Positions 1-8,734 of a DNA stretch of 64,000 bases are shown here, in pieces (the first letter of the stretch is position 1; every line of letters begins with the position of its first letter). The stretch spans positions 22,415 through 86,414 of the forward strand of contig URBQ01000003.1 in the NCBI GenBank assembly GCA_900546115.1, in the 5' to 3' direction. The notes under the pieces were generated by a model that did not search any database, was not told where the DNA came from, and saw nothing but the letters and a program-made list of their open reading frames with translations. This DNA is from an uncultured Collinsella sp. (lineage in GTDB: Bacteria > Actinomycetota > Coriobacteriia > Coriobacteriales > Coriobacteriaceae). The position numbers were made by a program, and so were the translations under genes.

Positions 1-1
1 A

Positions 2-607
2 ATCGCCGTCGCGTGCGGGCTTGCCCGCACCGGCGTGCGCCTTCTCGCCGCGGGCGAGATGGGCATCGGCAACACGACCACCTCTGCGGCGGTGGCCGCA
101 GTGCTCATCCGGGCGGAAGCGCGGAGCCTCGTCGGGCGCGGCGCGGGGCTCTCGGACGCCTCACTCGCGCGCAAGCGCGACGTGGTCGAGCGTGCTATCG
201 ACGCGAACTCGCCCGATCCCGCCGACCCGATCGACGTCCTCTCGAAGGTGGGCGGCTTCGACATCGCGGCGATGTGCGGCTTCTACCTGGGGGCCGCGGC
301 CTCGAAGGCGCCGGCGCTCCTCGACGGGGTCATATCCTGCACGGCGGCCCTGTGCGCGGCGCGCCTGTGCCCCAACGCCTTGGGCTACCTCGTGGGCACC
401 CACGCATCAAGCGAACCCGCAAGCCAGGAGCTCCTTCGCGAGCTCGGCATAAAGGCACCACTCGACGCAGGCATGCACTTGGGCGAGGGCGCGGGCGCCA
501 TGGCGTATCTGCCCCTTCTGGATTCGGCGTTGCGCGTGTACCGGGATGGGAAGACGTTCACGGCGACTGGTATGGCTGCGTACGAGCATTTCGAGGCCGG
601 GAAATGA
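2..607 (+). CDS. cobT: Nicotinate-nucleotide--dimethylbenzimidazole phosphoribosyltransferase (CobT), 5'-truncated by window edge
   Basis: Frame is open from nt 2 (IAVACGLARTGVRLLAAGEMGIGNTT...) to TGA 605-607. GEMGIGNTT and HLGEGAGA motifs are typical of CobT. It heads a run of cob genes. Confidence 0.85.
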   Translation: MAVACGLARTGVRLLAAGEMGIGNTTTSAAVAAVLIRAEARSLVGRGAGLSDASLARKRDVVERAIDANSPDPADPIDVLSKVGGFDIAAMCGFYLGAAASKAPALLDGVISCTAALCAARLCPNALGYLVGTHASSEPASQELLRELGIKAPLDAGMHLGEGAGAMAYLPLLDSALRVYRDGKTFTATGMAAYEHFEAGK

Positions 608-1152
608 CGGTGACACTTGTCATCGGCGCCGCCGCGAGCGGCAAGAGCGCCTACGCCGAGTCCCTGTGCCTCGGGCACGACGGCCCCCGCGTGTACCTGG
701 CAACGATGGAGCCCTTCGGGGAAGAGGGCGCCCGCCGCATCGCGCGCCATCGGTCGCTGCGCGAGGGCAAGGGGTTTTCCACCCTCGAGTGCACGCGTGA
801 CGTGGGCGCCGCAGTGCCCGGGCTTCCGCGCGGCTGCACGCTTCTTTTGGAGGACGTGGGCAACCTGGTTGCGAACGAGCTTTTCGCGGAAGGCGGCTTG
901 TCCCCACGTGACCCCGACGCTGCGGCGCGCGAGGTGCTCGGAGGCATTGAACGGCTCGCTCAGGCCGCTGCGTATACGGTGGTGGTCACCGTCGACGTGT
1001 TCGCCGATGGGATGCGCTACGATGAAGGGACCGAGGCATGGAGGCGCGCGCTCGCGCGCGTGAACGCGGGTGTGGCGGCGCTGGCCGATCGCGCAGTCGA
1101 AGTGGTATGCGGGATTCCCGTGTGTATGAAAGGCGAAGGACCTACAAGGTGA
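604..1152 (+). CDS. cobU: Adenosylcobinamide kinase / adenosylcobinamide-phosphate guanylyltransferase (CobU/CobP)
   Basis: ATG 604 overlaps the cobT stop (ATGA). Has P-loop GAAASGKS, is ~180 aa, and translates MTVTLVIGAAASGKSAYAE... inside track ORF 13..1152. Confidence 0.8.
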   Translation: MTVTLVIGAAASGKSAYAESLCLGHDGPRVYLATMEPFGEEGARRIARHRSLREGKGFSTLECTRDVGAAVPGLPRGCTLLLEDVGNLVANELFAEGGLSPRDPDAAAREVLGGIERLAQAAAYTVVVTVDVFADGMRYDEGTEAWRRALARVNAGVAALADRAVEVVCGIPVCMKGEGPTR

Positions 1153-1916
1153 AGATAGTAGAGGCAATCGGCGCGGCGTTCGGAACGTTCTCGCGCATCC
1201 CCGTCCCGAAATCGGCCTGGACCGATTTCGGGTCAACCCATGCGCTTGCCGTGTTTCCCCTGGTGGGCCTTGCGGAAGGCTTCCTCATGACGGCGTGGGG
1301 GTACGTGGCGAACCTGCTCGGCGTGCCCGCGACCATCGTCGCGGCCGTGCTCGTGGCGCTGCCTGTGGCGGTGACGGGAGGCATCCACCTAGACGGGCTC
1401 TGCGACACCTCCGATGCGCTTGCAAGTTGGGCCCCGCGCGAGCGAAAGCTCGAGATCATGCACGACCCGCGGGCGGGCGCCTTCGGGGTCATCGGTGTTG
1501 TTGTGTACCTTATTCTGCAGTTTTCCCTGTTCACCGCGCTGCCGCTTACGGCGGGGGCGTTCCTCGCGCTTCTGTGCTCGCTCGTGTTCTCCCGCTCGCT
1601 TTCGGGGCTCGCCGTTGAATACTGGCCTGCCGCGCGGGCGGACGGCATGGCCGCGGGGCTCTCGCCTGCGAAGAAGCGCGCGGCGATCGTCGTTCCGCTT
1701 TACGCTTTCGCAGCGGCTTCGGCTGCAGGGATGGTCGCGTGCGCTCAGGCCGTCGGCGCCCTTATGGCGGTGGCGGGGCTTTTGGTGCTCGCGTGGTACC
1801 GCCATGTTGCCCTGTCCCGCTTCGGCGGGGTGACGGGGGATTTGGCCGGATGGTTTCTGCAATGGGCCGAGCTCGCGATGCTTGCCATGCTGGTGGTGGG
1901 GGGCATGCTCCTATGA
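1149..1916 (+). CDS. cobS: Adenosylcobinamide-GDP ribazoletransferase (cobalamin synthase CobS)
   Basis: GTG 1149 overlaps the cobU stop. Polytopic membrane protein with FSRIPVP and GGIHLDGLCDTSDAL motifs. Confidence 0.85.
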   Translation: MKIVEAIGAAFGTFSRIPVPKSAWTDFGSTHALAVFPLVGLAEGFLMTAWGYVANLLGVPATIVAAVLVALPVAVTGGIHLDGLCDTSDALASWAPRERKLEIMHDPRAGAFGVIGVVVYLILQFSLFTALPLTAGAFLALLCSLVFSRSLSGLAVEYWPAARADGMAAGLSPAKKRAAIVVPLYAFAAASAAGMVACAQAVGALMAVAGLLVLAWYRHVALSRFGGVTGDLAGWFLQWAELAMLAMLVVGGMLL

Positions 1917-2914
1917 TGCTCGTGGTAGGTGGCGCGCATTCGGGGAAGAGGACCTTCGTGCGCGAAAAACTCGGGTTCGCGGCGGACGATTTCGTCGACG
2001 CGGCGCAGCTTGCGGAGGGCGGCGTGCCCGCGGCTTTTGCCGGCCGTGTCGCTTACCGTGCTGAGGAACTCGTACGCGCGCTCGACGCTGACCGGGCGCT
2101 CGAGCGGCTGATCGGCTTCGACGCAGTGATTCTGCCCTTGGTCGGCTCGGGGGTCGTCCCCATGAGTGCGGAAGACGCCCAATGGCGCGAGCGCGCGGGG
2201 CGCCTGGGATGCGCGCTCGCTGCGCGCGCCGACGTCGTCGTGCGCATGACGTGCGGGATTCCCCAGGTCATCAAAGGAAACCTTGCCGATGCACCTCGAG
2301 GGACGCAGGGCGCGGGTGCGCTTTTGGAAGTCGTCTTCGTGCGCCATGGTGCCACGGCGGGCACGGAAGACCATCGCTACAGCGGGGCGGGCACCGACGA
2401 GCCCCTGTCGAGTGCGGGCGAGCGCGCTTTGCGCGACCTCGCGTGCGATCGTGACGTGTTCCGTGTTATCACGAGCGGCATGGCCCGCACCGACCAGACG
2501 GCGCGCATCCTCTTCCCGAACGCGGAGCTTATGGCGTGCCCCGGTCTGCGCGAGATGGATTTCGGCGACTTCGAGGGGCGAAGCGCCGCCGAGCTTAAAG
2601 AGGATGCGCGCTATCGCGCCTGGGTAGACTCCTGGTGCGAGACGCGCTGCCCGCATGGCGAGGGCAAGAGCGATTTCACCCGCCGCGTCATCGCGGCGTT
2701 TCGGGAGGCGTGCGAATCGGAGCGCGCCCAGGGGAGTGGGCGCGCCGTCTTCGTCGTTCACGCGGGTACCGTGAAAGCGCTGCTCTCCGAGCTAGCTGTC
2801 CCGAAAATGGGATACTTCGACGTGCATACCGAGCCGGGCGGCGCATGGGCCGCCACTTGGGATGGGCGCTGCCTTCGCGACGTTCGCCCCGCTTGGGGGG
2901 GCGATGCCCGGTGA
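1913..2914 (+). CDS. Fusion protein: CobU-like P-loop domain + histidine-phosphatase domain (alpha-ribazole phosphatase CobC-like)
   Basis: ATG 1913 overlaps the cobS stop. The N-terminus MMLVVGGAHSGKRTF has a P-loop and aligns by eye with the C-terminal part of CobU (GIPQVIKG vs GIPVCMKG). The C-terminal half has VRHGATAG (RHG motif) of the phosphoglycerate-mutase / CobC family. Confidence 0.65.
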   Translation: MMLVVGGAHSGKRTFVREKLGFAADDFVDAAQLAEGGVPAAFAGRVAYRAEELVRALDADRALERLIGFDAVILPLVGSGVVPMSAEDAQWRERAGRLGCALAARADVVVRMTCGIPQVIKGNLADAPRGTQGAGALLEVVFVRHGATAGTEDHRYSGAGTDEPLSSAGERALRDLACDRDVFRVITSGMARTDQTARILFPNAELMACPGLREMDFGDFEGRSAAELKEDARYRAWVDSWCETRCPHGEGKSDFTRRVIAAFREACESERAQGSGRAVFVVHAGTVKALLSELAVPKMGYFDVHTEPGGAWAATWDGRCLRDVRPAWGGDAR

Positions 2915-3888
2915 TGACGATTCTTGCCGTCGCCGCCGGGTTCGCGGCCGACCTTGCCTTCGGCGACCCGCGCTGGCTTCCCCATCCCGTCGTCGCCATG
3001 GGGCGCGCGATCACGTGGGCCGAAGGCCGCCTGCGGGGCGCATTCCCGCAAACGTCCGCGGGCACGCGCGCCGCAGGGCTTGTGCTCGCCGTGGCGCTTC
3101 CGCTTGCGTGTGGGCTTTTGACCTGGGGAATCCTGCATCTTTGCGGCATGGTTCACTCCGGCTTGCGCTTCGTGGCCGAGACATGGGCGAGCTATCAGAT
3201 TCTCGCGGCATGCGAGCTGCGCCGCCAGAGCCTGGCCGTTGCCCGCGCGTTCTCGAAGGGCGGACTTGTCGCGGCGCGCGAAGCCGTCGGGCTCATCGTG
3301 GGACGTGACACGTCTGTTCTCGACGAGCAGGGCGTCGCGCGCGCCGCCGTGGAAACGGTGGCGGAGAACGCGAGCGACGGTGTCATCGCGCCGCTTTTCT
3401 ACCTTATGATCGGGGGTGCGCCTTTGGGCATGGCGTACAAGGCGGTGAACACGCTCGACAGCATGGTGGGCTACAAAAACGAGCGCTACATCGACTTCGG
3501 CTGCGCCTCGGCGCGCCTCGACGATGCCGTGAACTGGATTCCCTCGCGGTTATCGGCCCTGTTCATGATCGCCGTGTGCCCGATCGTCGGGCTCGACGCG
3601 CGCGGGGCGGCGCGCATCTGGCGCCGCGACAGGCGTCGCCATGCGAGCCCGAACGCGGCGCAGACCGAGTCGGCGTGCGCGGGTGCGCTCGGACTGCGCC
3701 TGGCAGGACCCGCGGTGTATTTCGGCAAGCTCGTTGAGAAACCGACGATAGGCGACGCGTCCCGCGAAATCGAGTGGGGCGACATCGCCCGGGCGACAAG
3801 GCTCATGCTCGCCGCGTCCGTATGCGCGCTCGTCGTCTTCGGCGCCGCGCGCGCGGCGGTCGTGCTCGCCGTGGGGGCGATGGCATGA
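2914..3888 (+). CDS. cbiB: Adenosylcobinamide-phosphate synthase (CbiB/CobD membrane protein)
   Basis: ATG 2914 overlaps the upstream stop. Motifs AFGDPRWLPHPVVAMG and DSMVGYKNERY; several TM helices. Confidence 0.85.
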   Translation: MTILAVAAGFAADLAFGDPRWLPHPVVAMGRAITWAEGRLRGAFPQTSAGTRAAGLVLAVALPLACGLLTWGILHLCGMVHSGLRFVAETWASYQILAACELRRQSLAVARAFSKGGLVAAREAVGLIVGRDTSVLDEQGVARAAVETVAENASDGVIAPLFYLMIGGAPLGMAYKAVNTLDSMVGYKNERYIDFGCASARLDDAVNWIPSRLSALFMIAVCPIVGLDARGAARIWRRDRRRHASPNAAQTESACAGALGLRLAGPAVYFGKLVEKPTIGDASREIEWGDIARATRLMLAASVCALVVFGAARAAVVLAVGAMA

Positions 3889-5108
3889 GGGAAGATCACG
3901 CCGCGCCCCGGGCTGCCGGGGGAATCCTGCGCGCCCGCACGCATGGGGGCAGCGCGCAATCGCTCGGCATCGCTTGCGAAGGGGGTGCCTCCGACCTCAT
4001 TGACTTCTCGGTGAACGTGAATCCGGCAGGCCCCTCGCCGCGCGCCGTCGCCGCAGCTTGCAAGGCGCTTTCTCGAATCGACGCCTACCCCGATAGGGAA
4101 AGCCTCGCCCTCGTTCGCGCGCTAGCGCGCGACCAGGGCATTCCCGAAGATACTATCGTCTGCGGCGCGGGCGCGTCCGACATCATCTGGCGGCTCGCCG
4201 CGGCGGTGCGCTCGAAACGCCTCGTCGTGTGCGCGCCGACGTTCTCTGAATATGCGGAGGCGGCATCGTACTACGGCGCATGCGTGCAGGAGTTCCCGCT
4301 CTCCGAAGCGGACGACTTCGACGTGCCTGCCTCCTTCGCCCGCGCGATCGAGGGGCCGAGAGACGTGGCGTACCTCTGCAATCCGAACAACCCGACGGGG
4401 CGCCTCGTCGACCCCCGTGTGATCGATGCTGCGGCCTGCCGCTGCGAGCAGGTGGGCGCGCTGCTCGTCGTGGACGAGTGCTTTCTCGGATTTGCGCCCG
4501 ACGCCCGCGAAAGGAGCGTGGCCGCACGCGCCGCGTGTTCGCGCCATGTGGCCGTGCTCTCCGCGTTCACCAAGCTCTACGGAATGGCGGGGTTGCGGTT
4601 GGGATATCTGATCAGCGGAAACGCCCAACTCATCGAGGGGATTCGCCGGGCGGGGCAGGCGTGGCCCGTCTCCTCGGTCGCCGAGGCCGCGGGCATCGCC
4701 GCCCTGGAGGACGTTGAATACGTCTCGCGCACGCGCGATGTATTGGCGGGCGAGCGAGCGTGGCTTTCCCACGAGCTCTCCTCGCTCGGGCTTTCCGTCG
4801 TGCCGTCGGATGCGAACTTCCTTTTAGTCCGCACGCCGGCGAAAGACATCCCCGAGCGCCTGTATAAACAGGGGGTTTTGGTCCGCACGTGCGACTCGTT
4901 TTCGGTACTGTCCCGTTTCTGGTGCCGCGTCGCGGTGCGCACGCGCAAGGAGAATGCCCGGCTTGCGATGGCGTTCAGCCGCGTGCTTCGGGCGGAAGGT
5001 GCATCGGGCGAAGGCGAACCCGACGAACGGGGCGGCGCTTCTTTCAGCGGCGCTATGGCGGGCGCGGATGGCCGAGGCTCGGCGAAGGAGGTCGATACCC
5101 GTGGGTAG
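3885..5108 (+). CDS. cobD: L-threonine-O-3-phosphate decarboxylase (CobD, class I/II aminotransferase fold)
   Basis: ATG 3885 overlaps the cbiB stop. Motifs DFSVNVNP, CNPNNPTG and the PLP-lysine context SAFTKLYGMAGLRLGY. Operon context fits. Confidence 0.75.
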   Translation: MREDHAAPRAAGGILRARTHGGSAQSLGIACEGGASDLIDFSVNVNPAGPSPRAVAAACKALSRIDAYPDRESLALVRALARDQGIPEDTIVCGAGASDIIWRLAAAVRSKRLVVCAPTFSEYAEAASYYGACVQEFPLSEADDFDVPASFARAIEGPRDVAYLCNPNNPTGRLVDPRVIDAAACRCEQVGALLVVDECFLGFAPDARERSVAARAACSRHVAVLSAFTKLYGMAGLRLGYLISGNAQLIEGIRRAGQAWPVSSVAEAAGIAALEDVEYVSRTRDVLAGERAWLSHELSSLGLSVVPSDANFLLVRTPAKDIPERLYKQGVLVRTCDSFSVLSRFWCRVAVRTRKENARLAMAFSRVLRAEGASGEGEPDERGGASFSGAMAGADGRGSAKEVDTRG

Positions 5109-6600
5109 GGCGAAGCCCATCATGATCCAGGGCACCATGTCGAACGCGGGGAAGAGCCTGCTTGCGGCTGGGCTGTGCCGCGTACTTTCGCAGGACGGCC
5201 TGCGCGTGACTCCCTTCAAGAGCCAGAACATGGCACTCAACAGCGGTGTCACGGCCGACGGGCTCGAGATGGGGCGCGCCCAGATCATGCAGGCCGAGGC
5301 GTGCGGCATCGCGCCCGACGTGCGCATGAACCCCATCCTGCTCAAGCCCGAAAGCGGCCACCGAAGCCAGCTCATCGTGGCCGGCAAGGCGCAGGGAGCC
5401 TTCGCTGCGAGGGACTACTTCGCGCGAAAGAAGGCGCTCATGCCGCAGATTTTGGAGGCGTTCGATTCGCTCGCGGAGGAAAACGACGTCATCGTCATCG
5501 AGGGCGCCGGCAGCCCCGCCGAAATCAACCTTGCCGAAAACGACATCGTCAACATGGGGCTCGCGCGCGCCGTGTCCTCCCCCGTGCTGCTCGCGGGCGA
5601 CATCGACCCGGGCGGGGTGTTTGCCCAGCTCTACGGCACGGTCGCGCTCCTTGCGCCCGAGGACCGCGCGCTTTTGCGGGGGCTTGTGGTGAACAAGTTC
5701 CGCGGCGATGTGGAAATCCTGCGCCCGGGTTTGGCCCCGCTCGAGAAGATGTGCGGGGTTCCCGTCGTGGGGGTCGTGCCGTATCTTACGCTCGACCTGG
5801 ACGACGAGGACTCGCTCGCGCCGCGCCTATCTGCCCGCGAGGCGCGCGGCGTCATCGACGTCGCCGTCGTGCGTCTTCCGCATCTGTCGAACTTCACCGA
5901 CTTCGACCCGCTTTCGCGCGTGCCCGGCGTGGGCGTGCGCTACGTTTCCTCGACGACCGATCTGGGCCGACCCGACCTGGTGGTGCTTCCCGGCTCGAAG
6001 ACTACGCTCGACGACGCGCGCTGGCTTGCGGCTAGCGGCATCGGGGCCTGTGTACGCGCGCTTTCGGGCACGGGCACGCCGGTGCTCGGCATATGCGGAG
6101 GCTACCAGCTTTTGGGAGACGAGCTTTCCGACCCGCACGGCAGGGAAGGCGCTGGCACCGCGCGCGGGCTCGGGCTCATCCCTGCAAGTACGGTGTTCAA
6201 GGAGGAAAAGCGCCTCGCCCAGTCTGAGCTGCGCATCACGGGCGCCCAAGGCGCGTTCTCGGCGTGGAACGGCATGACGGCGCGCGGGTACGAGATTCAC
6301 GACGGCGAAACGACCGTCTCCTGCGCTCCTGCGGGCACGATTGGCGGCAAACCAGAAGGCGCGGCCTGCGGAAACGTGTTCGGAACCTATCTCCACGGCC
6401 TGTTCGACGAACCGGGGGTGGCGCTCGCCCTCGCGCGCTCGCTCGCGCGCATGCGCGGCCTGCCCGAGAACGTCGTGGGTGCTGCGGGCGCGGCGTCCGC
6501 GGCCGATCACCGTGCGCGCGAGTTCGACCGCCTGGCCGACGTCGTGCGCGGGGCGCTCGACATGGAGTATGTCTACCGCATTATCGAGGAGGGCGTATGA
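5101..6600 (+). CDS. cbiP: Cobyric acid synthase (CbiP/CobQ)
   Basis: GTG 5101 overlaps the cobD end (alternative ATG 5122). N-terminal IMIQGTMSNAGKS, KSQNMALNS, and a C-terminal glutamine amidotransferase motif GICGGYQLLG. Confidence 0.9.
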   Translation: MGRAKPIMIQGTMSNAGKSLLAAGLCRVLSQDGLRVTPFKSQNMALNSGVTADGLEMGRAQIMQAEACGIAPDVRMNPILLKPESGHRSQLIVAGKAQGAFAARDYFARKKALMPQILEAFDSLAEENDVIVIEGAGSPAEINLAENDIVNMGLARAVSSPVLLAGDIDPGGVFAQLYGTVALLAPEDRALLRGLVVNKFRGDVEILRPGLAPLEKMCGVPVVGVVPYLTLDLDDEDSLAPRLSAREARGVIDVAVVRLPHLSNFTDFDPLSRVPGVGVRYVSSTTDLGRPDLVVLPGSKTTLDDARWLAASGIGACVRALSGTGTPVLGICGGYQLLGDELSDPHGREGAGTARGLGLIPASTVFKEEKRLAQSELRITGAQGAFSAWNGMTARGYEIHDGETTVSCAPAGTIGGKPEGAACGNVFGTYLHGLFDEPGVALALARSLARMRGLPENVVGAAGAASAADHRAREFDRLADVVRGALDMEYVYRIIEEGV

Positions 6601-7112
6601 TCCACGTGTATCATGGCGACGGCAAAGGCAAGACCACGGCGGCGATGGGCCTCGCCCTTCGCATGCTCGCTGCAGGCCGCCGCGTCGTCGTCGTGCAGTT
6701 CCTGAAAGACGGCGAAAGCGGGGAGGTGCGCCTGCTCGCCGAGCATTTCGGCGTGCCCGTGTTCGCGGGGAAGGCGTCGGACAAGTTTACCTGGTCGATG
6801 ACGTCGGAAGAACTTGCCGCGACGTGCGAGCTGCACGATGGGAACCTCGCTTCCGCGCTCGCCGAGCTCGAGGGCGCGCAAGAGGGGCTGCTCGTGCTCG
6901 ACGAGGCGCTCGACGCGCTTTCGAAGGGGCTTGTCGACGAGGCGCTCGTGGACCGCGCGCTCGATATGTCCGCGCGCGGCGTCGAAGTAGCGCTCACCGG
7001 GCGCGCGCCTTCCCGCAAGATCGTGGAGAAGGCCGACTACATAACCGAGATGCGGTGCGAGAAACATCCCTACGAGCAGGGGATATGTGCAAGGGAAGGA
7101 GTGGAGTACTAG
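6597..7112 (+). CDS. cobO: Cob(I)yrinic acid a,c-diamide / cob(I)alamin adenosyltransferase (CobO/BtuR type)
   Basis: ATG 6597 overlaps the cbiP stop. Motif HVYHGDGKGKTTAAMGLALR; ~170 aa. Confidence 0.8.
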   Translation: MIHVYHGDGKGKTTAAMGLALRMLAAGRRVVVVQFLKDGESGEVRLLAEHFGVPVFAGKASDKFTWSMTSEELAATCELHDGNLASALAELEGAQEGLLVLDEALDALSKGLVDEALVDRALDMSARGVEVALTGRAPSRKIVEKADYITEMRCEKHPYEQGICAREGVEY

Positions 7113-7754
7113 ATGGATTCCAAGGAGATGGCGCCCGGCGACATCGAGCGGCGCAGCTTCGAGATCATCACCGAAGAGCTCGGCGGCCGCACGTTCCCGC
7201 CGCTCGAAGAGCCCGTCGTGAAGCGCGTCATCCACACCACTGCCGACTTCTCGTACGCCGATTCCCTCGTGTTCACCCATGACGCCGCGCACTGTGCGCT
7301 CGACGCACTGCGCGCAGGGGCCACGGTGCTCACCGACACGAACATGGCGCTCGCAGGCATAAGCAAGCCCGCGCTCGCGAAGCTCGGCTGCAAGGCCGTG
7401 TGCTACATGGCCGACCCTGATGTCGCCGCGGCTGCGCGCGCCGCGGGCACGACTCGCGCCGTTGCGAGCATGGACAAAGCTAGCGGCATCGAGGGTCCGC
7501 TCATCGTGGCCGTCGGCAACGCTCCCACAGCACTTCTGCGCCTCGCCGAGCTCATGGACGCGGGGAAGATCGCGCCCGCGCTCGTCGTTGGGGTGCCGGT
7601 CGGGTTTGTGAACGTGGTCGAGGCGAAAGAGGAGTTACTCGCGCGACGCGTGCCGGCCATCGTCGCGAGGGGTCGCAAGGGCGGCTCGAACGTGGCGGCC
7701 GCCATTATGAACGCGCTGCTCTACCAGATCACGCGCCCAGGCGGCCCGAAGTGA
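7113..7754 (+). CDS. cbiC: Precorrin-8X methylmutase (CbiC/CobH)
   Basis: Motifs VIHTTADFSY and VGNAPTAL; ~210 aa; starts directly after the cobO stop. Confidence 0.85.
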   Translation: MDSKEMAPGDIERRSFEIITEELGGRTFPPLEEPVVKRVIHTTADFSYADSLVFTHDAAHCALDALRAGATVLTDTNMALAGISKPALAKLGCKAVCYMADPDVAAAARAAGTTRAVASMDKASGIEGPLIVAVGNAPTALLRLAELMDAGKIAPALVVGVPVGFVNVVEAKEELLARRVPAIVARGRKGGSNVAAAIMNALLYQITRPGGPK

Positions 7755-8524
7755 CGGCGCCCGCATCCGCGCCGGCGCTGCGCATCTTCGCCGGCACCAC
7801 CGAGGGCCGCCTTCTGTGCGAATGGGCGAGCGGGGCGGGCATCCCCGCCCGTACCTATGCGGCAACCGAGTACGGAGGCGAGCTTTTGGGCGAGCTTCCA
7901 GGCATCGAGGTGCATGCGGGCAGGCTCGACGAGGCTGACATGGAGCGCGAGCTTTCCGGCGCGCGCATCGTTGTCGACGCCACGCACCCCTTCGCTACGC
8001 TTGCAAGCGGCAACATCCGGGCCGCTTCGCTCGCCGTGGGTGCACGATGCCTGCGCCTTGCGCGCCCGGTCGAGGCGCTGCCCAAAGGCGTCGTGTCGGT
8101 CGCGTCGATCGCCTGCGCGGCGCGCTTTCTCTCCGAGAACCCGGGTCGCGCTCTTCTCACGACGGGGAGCAAGGAGCTTGCTCCCTACACGCGCGTCGCC
8201 GATTTCGCGGAGCGCTTCTTCGTGCGCGTGCTCCCGCTGCCCAGTGCTATAACGAAGTGCATCGACGCGGGGTTTTCGCCGTCGCACGTCATCGGCATGC
8301 AGGGACCCTTCACCCGCGAGCTCAACGAGGCGATGCTTCGGCAGGTGGGCGCCCAGTGGCTTGTGACCAAGGACTCGGGAACCGTAGGCGGCACGGCCGA
8401 GAAGCTCGCCTCCGCGCGCGACGTGGGAGCGCGCTGCATCGTGGTCACCCGTCCCGCCGAGGGAGGCGGGGCCCTTTCGCTTCGGGAAGTGGAAGACGCG
8501 CTCTTACGGGAGTTCGCGCGCTAG
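7751..8524 (+). CDS. cbiJ: Precorrin-6A/cobalt-precorrin-6A reductase (CbiJ/CobK)
   Basis: GTG 7751 overlaps the cbiC stop. Motifs IFAGTTEGR, VVDATHPFA and LLTTGSKEL. Last gene of the + strand operon. Confidence 0.8.
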   Translation: MTAPASAPALRIFAGTTEGRLLCEWASGAGIPARTYAATEYGGELLGELPGIEVHAGRLDEADMERELSGARIVVDATHPFATLASGNIRAASLAVGARCLRLARPVEALPKGVVSVASIACAARFLSENPGRALLTTGSKELAPYTRVADFAERFFVRVLPLPSAITKCIDAGFSPSHVIGMQGPFTRELNEAMLRQVGAQWLVTKDSGTVGGTAEKLASARDVGARCIVVTRPAEGGGALSLREVEDALLREFAR

Positions 8525-8734
8525 GCGCTTGCCGCACCTGCGCGCCCTCCCGCCCGCGTGGGGGGGTGTTCCTGTAGTTCTGTCAAGAAGGATTCGCCCT
8601 TTCGATAGGCGTTTTTGGCAATGCTGACGCAGGCCCTGCCGGGCCCAGGCCGACTTCGGCGAGGCCGATCTCTACGTTTCCGGCGTCCGCACCCCCAAAC
8701 GGTCCCTAATTCGCCGCAACTTGTTGGTGGTGGC

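Noticed and set aside
2894-2900. Other G7 runs (about 2894-2900 and about 8558-8564) as phase-variation sites
   Set aside because: Runs of this length are expected by chance in ~70% GC DNA. One lies in the last codons of a biosynthetic gene and the other is intergenic with no adjacent surface gene. Only the G10 and G8 tracts in the glycan locus are reported.
385-8287. Many long ORFs antisense to or out of frame with the cob genes (for example 385-1236 -, 1745-2761 -, 4122-4772 -, 5827-6510 -, 6341-7282 +, 6573-7292 -, 7721-8287 -)
   Set aside because: These are typical stop-poor shadow frames of ~70% GC DNA. Their translations are Arg/Ala/Gly/Pro-rich with no motifs, and each overlaps a gene with clear family signatures and operon-style overlapping junctions.
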